Source: Mobula hypostoma (Eukaryota). Taken from it: a DNA stretch of 64,000 nt. Shown here in pieces: positions 36,441 through 49,455 of this stretch. Each line of letters begins with the position of its first letter. Positions within the stretch are counted from its first letter, which is position 1. Under the pieces are notes generated by a model. It worked only from the letters and a program-made list of their open reading frames with translations. It was not told the DNA's origin and did not search any database. The stretch lies in the NCBI RefSeq assembly GCF_963921235.1, contig NC_086097.1:202742001-202806000 (forward strand), given 5' to 3'. The position numbers and the translations under genes were made by a program.

Positions 36441-39400
36441 TGGTAGATACCAATGTTGTAGCAGCACAGGAACATCTTGGCTAGAAGTGCAGCAACTTCC
36501 ACTGGGAAGTTGTCTCATACCATGTCCTTTGCTCTATCCTAAAATCTATCTATATCTTTATATATAACATGGAATTGAATGAATTGAATTGGCTAAAGAT
36601 TGGTTTCTGTGATGGTGGAATTCTTAGGTTGAAACCAAGATGGATTTTGCACTCAAAACTTTTGGTTAAGCATAGTAACATATACTTTAGCATTCGCATG
36701 CTGAGTTCTAAGAAGGTAAGAATTAAAGCAGGATTAAGCCATTCAGACCCCTTGTGACTGGCCTGCATTTCATACAATAATCTATATCACTGCCAGTTTC
36801 CTATGCAAATTCCATTTTCCTTGACCCCCCCCCACCTCAGCCTATATATTGTACCTGTTGATGTTTTATCCAATTAATTGTTTTTAATTGTCAGCAGCTA
36901 TTCATGACGACACATAGCAGGACTGTTGACCTTTGATTTGAATCACAGGTTGTTTAACTCTGTCTAGCATATGTCTAGTTTGTTTGGCAACTCATTTTTA
37001 GGTGCACCAAGTGATGCATCCAGCAAAGTTTTCTCCCTTTCTCAATGAACCAGGGTTGTTCCTGTCTTGAATGACAGAATGAGGATTGTGCTAGGTTTTC
37101 AGGTTCCAGATTGTTCTAATGTGAACTTTTGCTGCTGCTGATGGTCAACAGTACCTCATGGCTGATAGGTTTTCAGCTGTATGTATGTTTTGATTCTACC
37201 CTATTTAGCATGGTGGTATTGACAGACAAAACAGTGAAGGGTGTCCTCATGTGATCCACCAGGATTATCATATGTCATTGCGTTCATGGGATATGCATCT
37301 GCTATGAGTAGAGTGGTGGTTAAGTGGATTTATTCACTGAATACCTAGCAGGTAACAATGTGGCAGATTTATCCTTCTGGACTTGGCAAGTTCCATTAGG
37401 CATCATGCTGTCAGGCCACTCGTGATGATGGAAATTGAATCCCCTGGTACATTCTTTGCCCTTGTGACTTTCAGTGCATTGTTGTAGTGTTGTTCAGTGT
37501 GGAGAAGCAGTATTCAACCGCTGTAGGAGGATAATATACACCATGTTTTACTTAATGGTATGAAATGTATGTAGTTAGGAATCAATATCGAGGACTCTGT
37601 GAGCTACTCCTTTAAAGTAGAGTGTATTGTCATATTCACAGATCAATGAAAAAATTAGAGCAGCAACATTGTCACATCGTACTAAAACGCAACTTGCCTG
37701 TGTGCCTGCATACTGTCCCCTCTGGACTGTCCATCTTGCTAGTGGAGTACATTGCACTGAAGGATTGTGAAGAAAGATTCTAGCATGTTGTGTGTTAGGT
37801 ATGAATCTGTGTGCACAGCTATGGCTGGCTGTTTTTGGCAAGTCTCGGGGGCAGTGTTTCTAAATTTAGATGCCTCCTCCAAATCTTGTGAGGAGGCTGA
37901 GAGCAACAATTTTAGTATCCTATTTCAGTAATTAAATCAATGCCAGATGGATCATGGAGTAATAAAGCACAGAAGCAGGCACATCTTATCCATGTTGACC
38001 AAAGTGGTTAGTCTTATTTGCATATGTTGGGCCCATATCCCTCTAAAGTTCAGAGTCTAAACCCTTCCTATCCATGTACAGCCTGTAAATCTTTTAAACA
38101 TTATTATTTTGGGTTATCTAGTTTTATTTTTTCTTCATTTCAACATAGCAGTATTGATAGAACAGATTGGTTTTCTGGGCCATTACAGAAGATATTATAA
38201 GTTAACCAATTATGAGCAAAGACAAAATGCCCTTCACCAGAATAGCAAGTTGGGGAGGTGTTCACATTCTGTTCAGCTAACTACACAGTGCTAATTTAAT
38301 CACATGATAATTTTCAAACCTGCTATCCTTGAAGCACCAACTTTCACAAGTATAAAGCACTTAAATATGTTCTCCCCTTCCACAAGTATTTCTCATTACT
38401 GTGACTAGCTTCTGTACTTGGAACAAATGTATTTCAGTTCCTAACTTCCTGGTTCTTGGGGCTGAGAGGGAAATGGATCAGCCATGATGAAATGGAGGAG
38501 CTGTCCTTGGATGGTTTCCAGTTTTGCGTCGGAAATTGACAATAATTTGGCATGAAATATCTGCCTGGCTGTGAAAGTTGAGGGCTACTCAGGCCAGTGA
38601 TGTGGCTTCTTTGTCTCTTGGAAAGGGTATCCTGGCTGAGAGAAGAAGCTTGGTTGTCCTAAAGTTATCTGTGGGAGCCAATGGATTATAGCCATTTTTA
38701 GATATTAAGGGAATCATATGAAGTGGAGTACAGGAAAACGGTGCTGGATAATAGAGAACCTTGAATTCATTGAATGACAAACCAGATGAAAGCATCCAAA
38801 TGATGTACATTTGCTTCTTCATGTATTCTTATATTCTTATTAATGATCCATGTAGTTCAAGAGGAAATGAAGTAATTCTTTTTCAAAGCATTCTTTGCAG
38901 TGCATCTTTTATGCTCCAGAGAACATTCCTGATGGAAATTCCACTGAGATATCAGATAAAAAATATTTTTAAGTGCTGTTGTACCACTTCCCTAATTATA
39001 GATTCCAGTAATTCCTATTAATGATGTAAGACTTTAGCTCTTTTTTCCCTGGTTTCATGAGTAGTGAGTTATATTAACCAGCTTCCAATTTCTGGGAACC
39101 GTTCTATAAGCTGTAACTTTGGAAGCTGATAGCTACTGCCTTCACCATTCATAGGCATCTCTTTAAGAACCATTGGATGTATCAATAATTGGATGTATCA
39201 GTAATTTCCCACTTCTTCATGATGTAGGGTGCAAATCTTGAACTGTAGCTCGTAACCTCTGCGATGTAGTTCTTTAGGCTACAGAATAGTGGTAAGCAAT
39301 GCTTTTAATGAACTTCAACGCATCATGTGCTTTCTTCTGTGTGCCTCATTAATTAGCTAATTTCTGTTCAACTTTCCCATTCTCCTGTCAAGCTACAGTT

Positions 39401-39561
39401 GTTTCCAATTTTTTTTGTTTAGTGGATGTGACTGACTGCATATAAAGGAGATATTAAATAGCAGCACAAACACGAGGAAATCTGCAGATGCTGGAAGTTC
39501 AAGCAACACACACAAAAAATGCTGGTGAATGCAGCAGGCCAGGCAGCGTTTGATGAGGTAC

Positions 39562-39597
39562 AGTTGACGTTTCGGGCCGAGACCCTTCGTCAGGGCT
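39562..39597 (-). ncRNA. Minimal type I hammerhead ribozyme motif, core intact
   Basis: Minus strand AGCC-CTGACGA-A-GGGT-CTCG-GCCC-GAAAC-GTC-AACT. Confidence 0.8.
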
Positions 39598-40370
39598 AAC
39601 TAAAAGAAGAGATAGTAAGAGATTTGAAAGTGGGAGGGGGAGGGGGAGATCCGAAATGATAGGAGAAGACAGGAGGGGGAGAGATGGAGCCAAGAGCTGG
39701 AAAGTTGATTAGCAAAAGTGATAAGAGGCTGGAGAAGGGAGAGGATCATGGGACGGGAGACCTAGGGAGAAAGAAAGGTTGGGGGGGAGCCCAGAGGATG
39801 GGCAAGGAGTTATAGTGAGAGGGACAGAGGGAGAAAAAGGAGAGAGAGAAAAAAAATAATAATAAATAAATCAATAACGGATGGGGTACGAAGGGGAGGA
39901 GGGGCATTAACGGAAGTTAGAGAAATCAATGTTCATGCCATTAGGTTGGAGGCTACCCAGACGGAATATAAGGTGTTGTTCCTCCAACCTGAGTGTGGTT
40001 TCATCTTGACAGTAGAGGAGGCTGTGGATAGACATATCAGACTGGGAATGGGACGTGGAATTAAAATGTGTGGCCACTGGGAGATCCTGCTTTCTCTGGC
40101 GGACAGAGCGTAGGTGTTCAGCGAGACGGTCTCCCAGCCTTGCATTGGGTCTTGCCAATATATAGAAGGCCACATCGGGAGCACCTCCCCCTTTCTTTCT
40201 CCCTGGGCCTCCTGTCCCATGACCCTCTCCCTTCTCCAGCCTCGTATCCCTTTTGCCAATCAACTTTCCAGCTCTTTGCTCCATCCCTCCTCCTCCTGTC
40301 TTCTCCTATCATTTCAGATCTCCCCCTCCCCCTCCCACTTTCAAATCTCTGACTATCTCTTCTTTCAGTT

Positions 40371-40406
40371 AGTCCTGACGAAGGGTCTCGGCCCAAAACG
40401 TCGACT
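40371..40406 (+). ncRNA. Minimal type I hammerhead ribozyme motif (GAAA mutated to AAAA)
   Basis: AGTC-CTGACGA-A-GGGT-CTCG-GCCC-AAAAC-GTC-GACT, with perfect helix I. Confidence 0.75.
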
Positions 40407-40782
40407 GTACCTATTCCTATAGATGCTGCCTGGCCCGCTGCATTCACCAGCATTTTTTGTGTGTGTTGTGTTAAATAGCAGATTAGTTTGAGGTTTTCCA
40501 CAGTATTATGTGGTATTTATTGACAATGAACTAATAGACAACTGGTTTCTTGCTGTTGCAAGATTAAATTTAATATATGTATTCTGAGCGTATTAGACTT
40601 GGTTTTCTGACAATTAAAAGGAAAATATAGATTTATGGCTGGAACTAGATTCCAGTCATTAATATTCAGGAGAAACAATGGGAATAGTTGGGGAAAATCT
40701 AGAAAGATTATTGAGTATATTCTTTATGAATGAAGTAGGCAGTTTTCACTGGGGAGAATGAAGCAGAATTCATGCAACAATG

Positions 40783-41035
40783 TCATAGAGTCATAGGAAA
40801 GTATAGCACATAAACAGCCATTTCAACCCATCCAGTTTGCACCAAGCCATTTAAACTGCCCACTCCCACTGAGTTGCACACAGACCATAGCTCTTCATAC
40901 TCCTGCCATCCATGTACCTATCTAAACTTCTCTTAAATGTTGAAATTGAGCTCGCATGCACCACTTGCACTGGCAGTTCATTCCACACTCTCACAATCCT
41001 CTGAGTGAAGAACTTTCCCCTTAAAGTTTTCACCT
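40783..41035 (-). mobile_element. CR1 3' fragment
   Basis: catagagtcatag tail; LRGKFFTQRIVRVWNELP. Confidence 0.85.
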
Positions 41036-41109
41036 TTCAATGTTTCAAGTGTTCAAAAAGTTTATTTATTATCAAAGCGTACATCCATGTACAACTCTGA
41101 AATTCGTCT

Positions 41110-43680
41110 TCTCAAGAATGTTCTCCTCAAGAATGCCTCAACCAACTTGATTCCCCCAGTCTTTCCCCCATGATGGCTGCTGTACCATTCATCATATATA
41201 TCTTGACTAATTGCCTGTGCCACTGTTATGTTATTATTTGGAAACCTGTCAATGACTCCCACCAGTGATTTTTCCTTTTATTATTCCTTAACTCCAGATG
41301 GGCTCAACATTTTGCTCCTTAGATCTTATATCATCCCTTACCATCACCCTGATTGCATCTTTAATTAAGAGAGTGACCTGAACTCCCTTATCTTCTGGCC
41401 CATCTTTCCTGTATTATCTGATACCCTTGGATATTAAATTCCTGATCATCTCCACCATGCAGCTACATTTCTATAATGACCACTAGATTATACCCTCTTG
41501 TCCTGATTTGTGCCTCAATTTCCCCCAACCTTGTTTCGAATACTATGGGTATTCAAGTAGTGCCCTTACACTCATTGTCCTTTTGGAATCTACTAATTCT
41601 GTGTCCTTTGTATTTAACTTTTCTGTACTCAATGCTAACATTTTTCTTTTTTAACTTTTGGTTTGGCCTTTGCATAGCTTCCCTCTGTCTTTCTACGTGG
41701 ATTCCCATCCCCCTGCCATATTAGCTTAAAACCTCCCCAACAGCACTAGTAAACAATCCTCTAGTACAATGACCCAGTCCTGCTCAGGTACAGATTGTCT
41801 AGATTATACTGGTCCCACCTTCCCAGAATCAAATCCAATGCCTCAGGAATCTGAAACCCTCCCTTCTGTACTGCTGCTCAAGGCACATATTACCCTAACT
41901 ATGCTGCTATACCTACTCTAGTAGCACATGGCACAGGTAGCAATCCTGAGATATTACCTTTGCTGTTGCATTTTTAACTTTTGCCTCTTCGTTCTCTAAA
42001 TTTGGCTTGTAGAGCTACCTCCCACTTTTTTCCTGATATCATTGGTCCTTACATACACCATGACAAGTGGCTGTTAACCATTCCAGAATGCCCTGCAGCC
42101 GCTCTGAGATATCCCTGACCCTTGTACCTGAGAGTTACATTTGCAGTCACAGAAGCTTCTGTCCATTTCCCTTATCATGGAATCCCCTGTCACGATGGAC
42201 CTGCAACTTTTTCCTGCCCTCCAATTCAGTTGAGCCATCCATGATGTTATGATCCTGGCAACTGCTGCCTTCCCCTGATGAGCCATCTCCCCCAAGCAGT
42301 ATATCTATGTTTGAGGGAGATGACCACATTACTTTACTTTATTGTCACCAAACAATTGATACTAGAGCGTACAATCATCACAGCGATATTTGATTCTGCG
42401 CTTCGCGCTCCCTGGAGTATAAATTGATAGTAAATATTGAAAATTTAAATTATAAATCATAAATAGAAAATAGAAAAGGGAAGGTAAGGTAGTGCAAAAA
42501 AAAACGAGAGGCAGGTCCGGATATTTGGAGGGTACGGCCCAGATCAGGATCAGGATCCTTTTAGCAGTCTTATCACAGTTGGAAAGAAGCTGTTCCCAAA
42601 TCTAGCCGTACGAGTCTTCAAGCTCTTGAGCCTTCTCCCGGAGGGAAGGGAGACGAAAAGTGTGTTGGCTCGGTGGGTCGTGTCCTTGATTATCCTGGCA
42701 GCACTGCTCCGACAGCGTGCAGTGTAAAGTGAGTCCAAGGACGGAAGATTGGTTTGTGTGATGTGCTGGGCTGTGTTCACAATCTTCTGCAGCTTCTTCC
42801 GGTCTTGGACAGGACAACTTCCTTACCAGGTTGTGATGCACCCTAGAAGAATGCTTTCTGCGGTGCATCTATAAAAATTAGTGAGGGTTTTAGGGGACAG
42901 GCCAAATTTCTTTAGTTTTCGCAGAAAGTAAAGGCACTGGTGGGCCTTCTTGGCAGTGGACTCTGCTTGATTGAAGGGCGCCCATTCAGAACAGAAATGC
43001 GAAGAAATTTTTTTAGTCAGAGGGTGGTGAATCTGTGGAATTTGTTGCCACGAGCAGCAGTGGAGGCCAAGTCATTGGGTGTATTTAAGGCAGAGATTCA
43101 TAAGTATCTGAGTAGCTAGGGCATCAAAGGTTATGGTGAGAAGGCGGGGGAGTGGGACTAAATGGGAGAATGGATCAGCTCATGATAAAATGGCAGAGCA
43201 GACACGATGGGTGGAATGGCTGACTTCTGCTCCTTTGTCTTATGGTCTAAGTCAGGTCATTTGTGATATTGATCCTGAGGAACTTAAAGCTTTTGACTTG
43301 TTCCACTTGCGCACCACCGATGTAAATAGGGTCGTGTGGACCGCTACTCCTTCTTAAGTCAACAACCAATTCCTTCGTCTTGCTGATGTTGAGGGATAGG
43401 TTATTGTCTTTGCACCATGCCACCAGGTTCTTAATTTCCTCTCTGTACTCAAACTCATCATTACCCGAGATATGGCCTACAATTGTGGTGTCATCAGCAA
43501 ACTCGTATATTAAGTTCGATGGACCTCCCTGCATTACCTCTCTGCTAGTGCTTGTTAGACACCTGAGCCCTATCTTTCCCTAAGCTCTTAAACGGTGGTG
43601 TGACCAACTCACTAAATGTGTTATCCACAACATTCTCAGCATTGCTGATGCTCCAAGGTGCTGCAGAAGTTCCAGTAGAA
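41110..43680 (-). mobile_element. Old CR1 5' half (ORF1 and APE), interrupted at 42328-43522
   Basis: Degenerate matches to 52500-53900 (ttagcttaaaacctcccc, gcaatcctgaga, ggtgtgaccaactc). Confidence 0.65.
42328..43522 (-). mobile_element. Rex1/Babar LINE 3' part, with a CR1 3' fragment (+, ~42974-43248) inserted
   Basis: (TAAAG)n tail; FADDTTIVG, LNISKTKELVVD, LPSGRR..NSFFP. Confidence 0.85.
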
Positions 43681-43868
43681 TGTTAACCGAAGCCCCCCTC
43701 ACCTCCCAACCCCCCCTCCCCTACCACCCCACATACAGATTTTCAGTACAGCAGCACATCGCAATGATAGCAGTGGAGAGGGCAGCAATGCATGTGTGAT
43801 CCTAGCACAGAACTTTAAATAACATTATATTAAGGATCAATTTTATTCATCATGTACATTCACATGTA

Positions 43869-46293
43869 CAGGTTTCCCCCGCCATCCGAAGGTAGAGCGT
43901 TCCTATGAAACGGTTCGTAAGCCGAAATGTCGTAAAGTGAAGAAGCAATTACCATTTATTTATATGGGAAAATTTTGTGAGCGTTCGCAGACTCAAAAAT
44001 AACCAACCAAATCATGCCAAATAGCATATAAAACCTAAAATAACAGTAACATATAGTAAAAGCAGGAATGATATGATAAAAACACAGCCTATGTAAAGTA
44101 GAAATACTTTTCCACAGGGTTACAAAATACACATGGACTAAGATGTTAACTGTCCTGTGCTATCACCAGTGGGATCATCAGTTGATCTGCCACCTGTCTT
44201 CAGGAGTTCGGCCTGCTTATGATCAGGACTCCTTCGAGGTGGTGGGCCAGCAATGCTAAAGCACCACCTCCCACTGGTGAGCTTAAAAACTTGGCATCTG
44301 CCTCTGTCAGAGTTGTTGGTCACCTCCAAGAGTCTACTCTTCAGGTGTCTATGCAACTACTGAAGGGTTTGCAAGATATGTATACACTGTCTGACTATCT
44401 GCCCCTCTGGACATACTTGGTCCACACCCATGCTGATCTTTTCTCTGCTGCCTCAGCTGCAGCCCTGCTGGTTAACTTGATCTCTCTTCTAGTGAAGCCA
44501 AGGTCATGCAGCCACTTTTGGAAAGTGAACGCAATGAACCCATGGCAGCCTACTTCGAATGGATAGCATGAGACCTTCCACCCTCTGTCTCTGCACTCTG
44601 ATTTCAACTCTGCATACTTGGTTAACTTGCGCTCATGGGCTTCATCGATGTTGTCTTCCCAGGGGACTGTGAGTTCACCAATAACCGCTTCTCTACTGGT
44701 GTCAGACCATACGATTATATCTGGATGCAATGTTGTAAAAGCTATTTGCTCCGGGAAACTGCCTTTCCCGTCCAAGTCAGCCTTGACACACCAATCATTG
44801 GCTGAAGAAAGTATGTTTGATCGTGAGCCTATGCTATACACCATTGACTTGGAGCCTTCTTTCACAAATGATACAAACAATCATTACTGCACTGTTCTCC
44901 GTAGCGAAAATCTCACGCAAGCGCCGTCAGCAGCAAATCTCATGCAAGCGCTGTTGGTAAAAACACGGCGCAAGCGCTCTCCAGTAACCTTTAAGCTATG
45001 AAGCTGCCAAATCGTACCCAATAACACGTAAAAATACACAGCCTATGTAAAGTAGAAATAATGTATGTACAATGTAGTATCACTTACCGGAATCGGGACA
45101 GCGCCGAGCAAACTGATGATGGTGTGTTAGGCTGAGTCGTCGCAAGTTGGGATGGTGCAGTGGCCCCCACCCTGCGGGCCACCAATCGATACCGATCCGT
45201 GAAGCATGCAGGGGTGCAGCGGTAGCCAGGAGGCACACAGCACATCTTTAAGAAAAAAGCCAAAATAAACATGCTAATTAATTAGGTGCCACCCAGCATG
45301 TAATTGTCAGCCCAGATCAGTGCCGATTTCCGATTGCGTCATCTCTGATCTGGGCTGACAGTTATGTGTCGGGCGGCACCTAATCCAACATCTGCAGAAT
45401 TCCTGTTGTTTGCTTTAATTAGCATGTTAATTTCGGCTTTTTTCTTAAAGATGTGCTGTGTGCCTCCCGGCTCCCACTGCATTCTCCACGAATTGGTATC
45501 TGTCCGTGGCCTGGGGGTTGGGGTGGTGGGACACTGGGGTGTCATCTCGTCATCGTCTGTTTCCATTAGGGCAGGCAGGTAAAATTCTATCTCTGCCCGC
45601 CTCGATGTTGAAGCTCGAGGTTCATCGTCTGCTGTGGCTGATGTGGAAGGCTTGCTTGACTGCTGAGCCTCGCACATTTTTCTATCACACAGTTCTTTGT
45701 AAGGACTCAAACCATCTTGCAAATATCCCCTAAACCTACGTACCCTTTCAAAATTAAAGTTGTACTTTATCATTGCAGCGAAAATCTCACGCAGTTGCTT
45801 CACGTTCAGTTCGCTACTGCATTCAGTTTTGATTATTATCCTTTTTTCTTCCAACTGCATCAGCTCTTCATCTATCAGGTCTTGGCCATGGGATGCCAAA
45901 ACCTCTTCAACATCATCTTCGTCAGCTTCCACAAGCCAAACTCACGTTGTCCTTACTTCGTTCACCACGATCGAAACGCTTAATTATGTCTAGTTTTACA
46001 CTAAGTGTAACACCCTTACGAGCTCTTTCAGGCTTTTCTGATACCATGGAACTCATCTTGCTAATGACTGCTCACAGGCACGTGTTTAAGCAATGCCGGC
46101 GAGAATGCAGTTCCCGGGGAGAGCAGCTGCTCGGGGCGCGCGCTGCCTTTTATCGCGCGCTGAATTTTTCGAACGCTGCTTTTTTTTTGTAACAGTGAAA
46201 ACACCTTCTGAAAGCGAAAACAGGGTACTAATGTAGGTCTTTCGTAACAGTGAGGTTTTGTAAAGCGAACGTTCGAAAAGTGGGAGACACTTG
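43869..46293 (-). mobile_element. Tigger/pogo copy 4, containing HERO and Penelope insertions
   Basis: TA TSDs (43867-68, 46294-95) and TIRs. Splits the tail of a Rex1-like LINE. Confidence 0.92.
44117..44876 (-). mobile_element. 3' end of an RLE-type non-LTR retrotransposon (HERO-like)
   Basis: ORF 44395-44880 carries a restriction-like endonuclease motif (HPDIIVWS..ELTVPWE..EAHERKLTKY..FEVGCHG). Tigger sequence is continuous across it, with an aca duplication. Confidence 0.85.
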
Positions 46294-46295
46294 TA

Positions 46296-47400
46296 TTAGG
46301 AATTTGCTGTGGAGCGTTGGTGCGACCTGCAACAAGAAACAACAGAATTCAAAAAATATAAAGAATGAAAGATCATTTATAGAGAATGTTTATAAATGCA
46401 TAAATATCAGCATGTATTTACAAAGTAAACAGCACTGTAAAAAGTGGTTAGAAGTGTTTACGGTGCAACGCAGTGACTGTGATAATAGATAGAGGGTGTG
46501 GGGGGGGATCTAACTAGAATGATTGATCAGATTTACTGCTTAGGGGAAGAAACTTTTAAGATAGCATGAAGTTTTTGTTTTAATAGCCAATAAAATGGAG
46601 CTTTTGGAAAAGGCAGTTTGTAGGGTGGGTACAAGTCCTACAATGAGATGGTAGACTGTGGCCAATAACCTTTTCGGCTGACTAGACAGTTTACTCTAGT
46701 TTTTGAATATTATGAGGGATGCTGCAGTGAACCTGATAGTAATGGCTGATGTGAGGTTCTCTCTATGTTTGGGGGGAAGATGGAATTTTAGCACCTGCTG
46801 CAAGAAGTATGTCCTCTGTCGAGCCTTTTTGTCAATGAAGGAGACATGAGATTCCATGAAAAAATAATGATGCCCAGGAACCTGAATGTTGAAACGGGGC
46901 TAACTGTAGTTGTTGATGTTGAGTGGGTGGAGAGGAGACACATTTCTCTTGGAATCAATATGTATCTCCATTGTTTTGAGGTAATTCAGGTCTTAGTTGT
47001 TGGGACTGCACCAATACATTAGCTTGTTTGCTTCCTGTTGGTACTGGATTTGTCATCTCTGGTGATTAGTCCAATGACTGCGAACTCTATTCGTTTAACT
47101 GATGGATGACTGGAGAACTGGAGACACAGTCATTGATGTATAGAGAAGGAAGGAGAGGGGAGAGAATACACCCCTGTGGCACACCAGGGCATGGAGGTGT
47201 GCTTGCCTCGTCTCCCATTCTGCCATCTGCCAGAGAGTCAGTTTGTGATACAACTGTAGGTGGAACCTGGTACATTGAGTTTGGAATATTTCTCTTGCAG
47301 AATTCAGGAATAATGAAGGCTGGATTGAAATCAGCAAACAAAGAGTTGAGGTGCTGTCGCATTTATAAATATTTATATACTGTACACTGCAATGACCACT
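46296..47400 (-). mobile_element. Rex1/Babar-like LINE 3' part (tail at 43830-43868)
   Basis: LFADFNPAF, GVPQGCILSPLL..YINDC. Paralogous to 24634-25470. Confidence 0.75.
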
Positions 47401-47410
47401 TACTGTGCAG

Positions 47411-48615
47411 ATAAGGCCATAAGACATAGGAGCAGAATTAGGCCATTCGGCCCATTGAGTCTACTCTGCCATTCCATGATGGCAGATCCCGGATCCCACT
47501 CAACCCCATGCACATGCCTTCTCACCATATCCTTTGAAGTTGATAGTTTCCTGGTCAGGAAACTATCAACTTCTGCCTTAAATATACCCGCTGACTTGGC
47601 CTCCATCGCAGTCTGTGGCAGAGCATTCCACATATTCACTACTTTCTAGCTAAAACAATTCCTCCTTACCTCTGTTCTAAAAGGTTGCCCCTCAATTTTG
47701 AGACTGTGCCCTCTAGTTCTGGATACTCCTACCATAGGAAACATTCTCCCCCATCCACCCTTTCTAGTCCTTTCAACATTTGGTAGGTTTAAATGAGATC
47801 CTTCCACATTCTCCTAAATTCTAGTGAGTACAGACCCAAAGCTGCCAAACACTCCTTGTGTTAACCCATTCATTCCTGGATTCATCTTCATTAACCTCCT
47901 CTGGACACTCTCCAATGGCAATACATCCTTTCTGAGATATGGGGTGCAAAATTGTTGAGAATACTCCGTGTGGCCTGACTTATGTCTCATAAAGGCTCAG
48001 TATTATCTCCTTGCTTTTATATTCTATTCCCCTTGAAATAAATGCCAACATTGCATTTGCCTTCTTTAACACAGACTCAACCTGTAAATTAACCTTCTGG
48101 GAGTCTTGCACGAGGATTCCTAAGTCACTCTGCATTTATTTTTGAACCTTCCCTCCACTTAGATAATAGTTTGCACTATTGTTCCTTTTACCAAAATGCA
48201 TTGTCATACATTTCCCAACACTGTATTCCATCTGCCACTTTTTTGCCCATTCTTCCAGTTTGTCCTGCTGCAGTTGCATTGCTTCCTCAACACTACCTAC
48301 CCCTCCTTCATATCATCCATAAACTTTGCCACAAAACCGCCAATTCCATTATCCAAATGATTGACAAACAATGTGAAAAGTAACGGTCCCAATATTGAGC
48401 CCTGAGGAACACTACTAGTCACTGGCAGCCAACCAGAAAAAAACCCTTTATTCCCACTTGCTGCTGCCTGCCTGTCAGCCATTCCTCTATCCATGCCAGT
48501 ATCTTTCATGTAACACCGTAGGATTTTATCTTGTTAAGGAGCCTCATGTGTGGCACCTTATCAAATGCTTTCTGATAATATCTGTTAATAACATCCACTG
48601 CCTCTCCTTTGCCCA
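47411..48615 (-). mobile_element. CR1 LINE, 5'-truncated
   Basis: (TCTTATG)-type tail; WLPVTSSVPQGSILGPLLF. Confidence 0.88.
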
Positions 48616-49096
48616 CCACTCATACGAGGAATGCATCTTGCGCAGCAAGTAGGGAACCAGTGTATTGACTGACATGTTTGACTACCGCCTTTATCAGCAT
48701 GCCTTCTTATATTCTGGAAAAGCAAAATGTTGCTGCTGTTGGAAGACCAAAAATAACAACAGAAATTGTGATATCATCTGTAAGGAGAGAGGTAGAGTTT
48801 TAGGTCAATGGCTTTTTATCAAACCAAGATAAAGTTAGAAAGTGAGCAAATTGGAGAATTAATGTGACAGGCAACTGTAAACTCAGCATCATCCTTGCAG
48901 CCAAAGCAAAGGTGTTCAGTAAAGTGTTTTCCAAATCTTGGTTGGGGTTCAAAGTTGAGGCCCTCTGTTGGTCAGGTTGGATATAGATATAGTACAATAT
49001 AGAGAACAGGCAACCTATGTACCAACCTCCCTTTCTCCAACTCTCCAAGCAGCTGATAGATCCAAAGGAATAGCAGAGACCAATATAGTTTAGCAC

Positions 49097-49455
49097 CAGT
49101 GGTGTTGCAGGAGTTGCGAATCAGCGTTGAAATCAATGTAGGACTGTCTTCAGACTCCAGGTTTTTCCTCGGGCTTTACTCCTGAAGTCCTCCCCATCAG
49201 CAGGAACATCCCTGAGATCAGAGTTTTCCTTCTCTGAGGTAACTGCCAACTGTGTCTGATGAACATCATCGGCCCGAAGCAACTTGTTTTAAGGCACCAT
49301 TACCCCTCCCTTGCCCCTGTTCTGCTGGGCTTGGTGGCTGAGCCACACATGAAGGCCAGGAGTTGGACTTGGTTGTCAGAGGCTATTTGAGACACACGCC
49401 ATTGGGAGCATTTAACAGATAGACGGAGCTTCTCCCCACTACAACCCCTGCCTTT
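49097..49455 (-). repeat. Second copy of the 33981-34500 repeat
   Basis: Direct sequence similarity. Confidence 0.7.

Larger units (their letters stand above)
39465..40470 (-). mobile_element. Penelope-like element, 5'-truncated, with an inverted pLTR copy at its 5' end
   Basis: 11-bp TSD ttaaatagcag (39454-39464, 40471-40481). GIY-YIG C-terminus (LYIGKT..ATHFNS..LEEQHLIFRLGSLQPNGMN). Inverted arms ~39503-39790 / 40183-40468. Confidence 0.92.

Noticed and set aside
44117..44123. TAACCC at the HERO 3' end as a telomeric repeat
   Set aside because: A single hexamer is compatible with chance.
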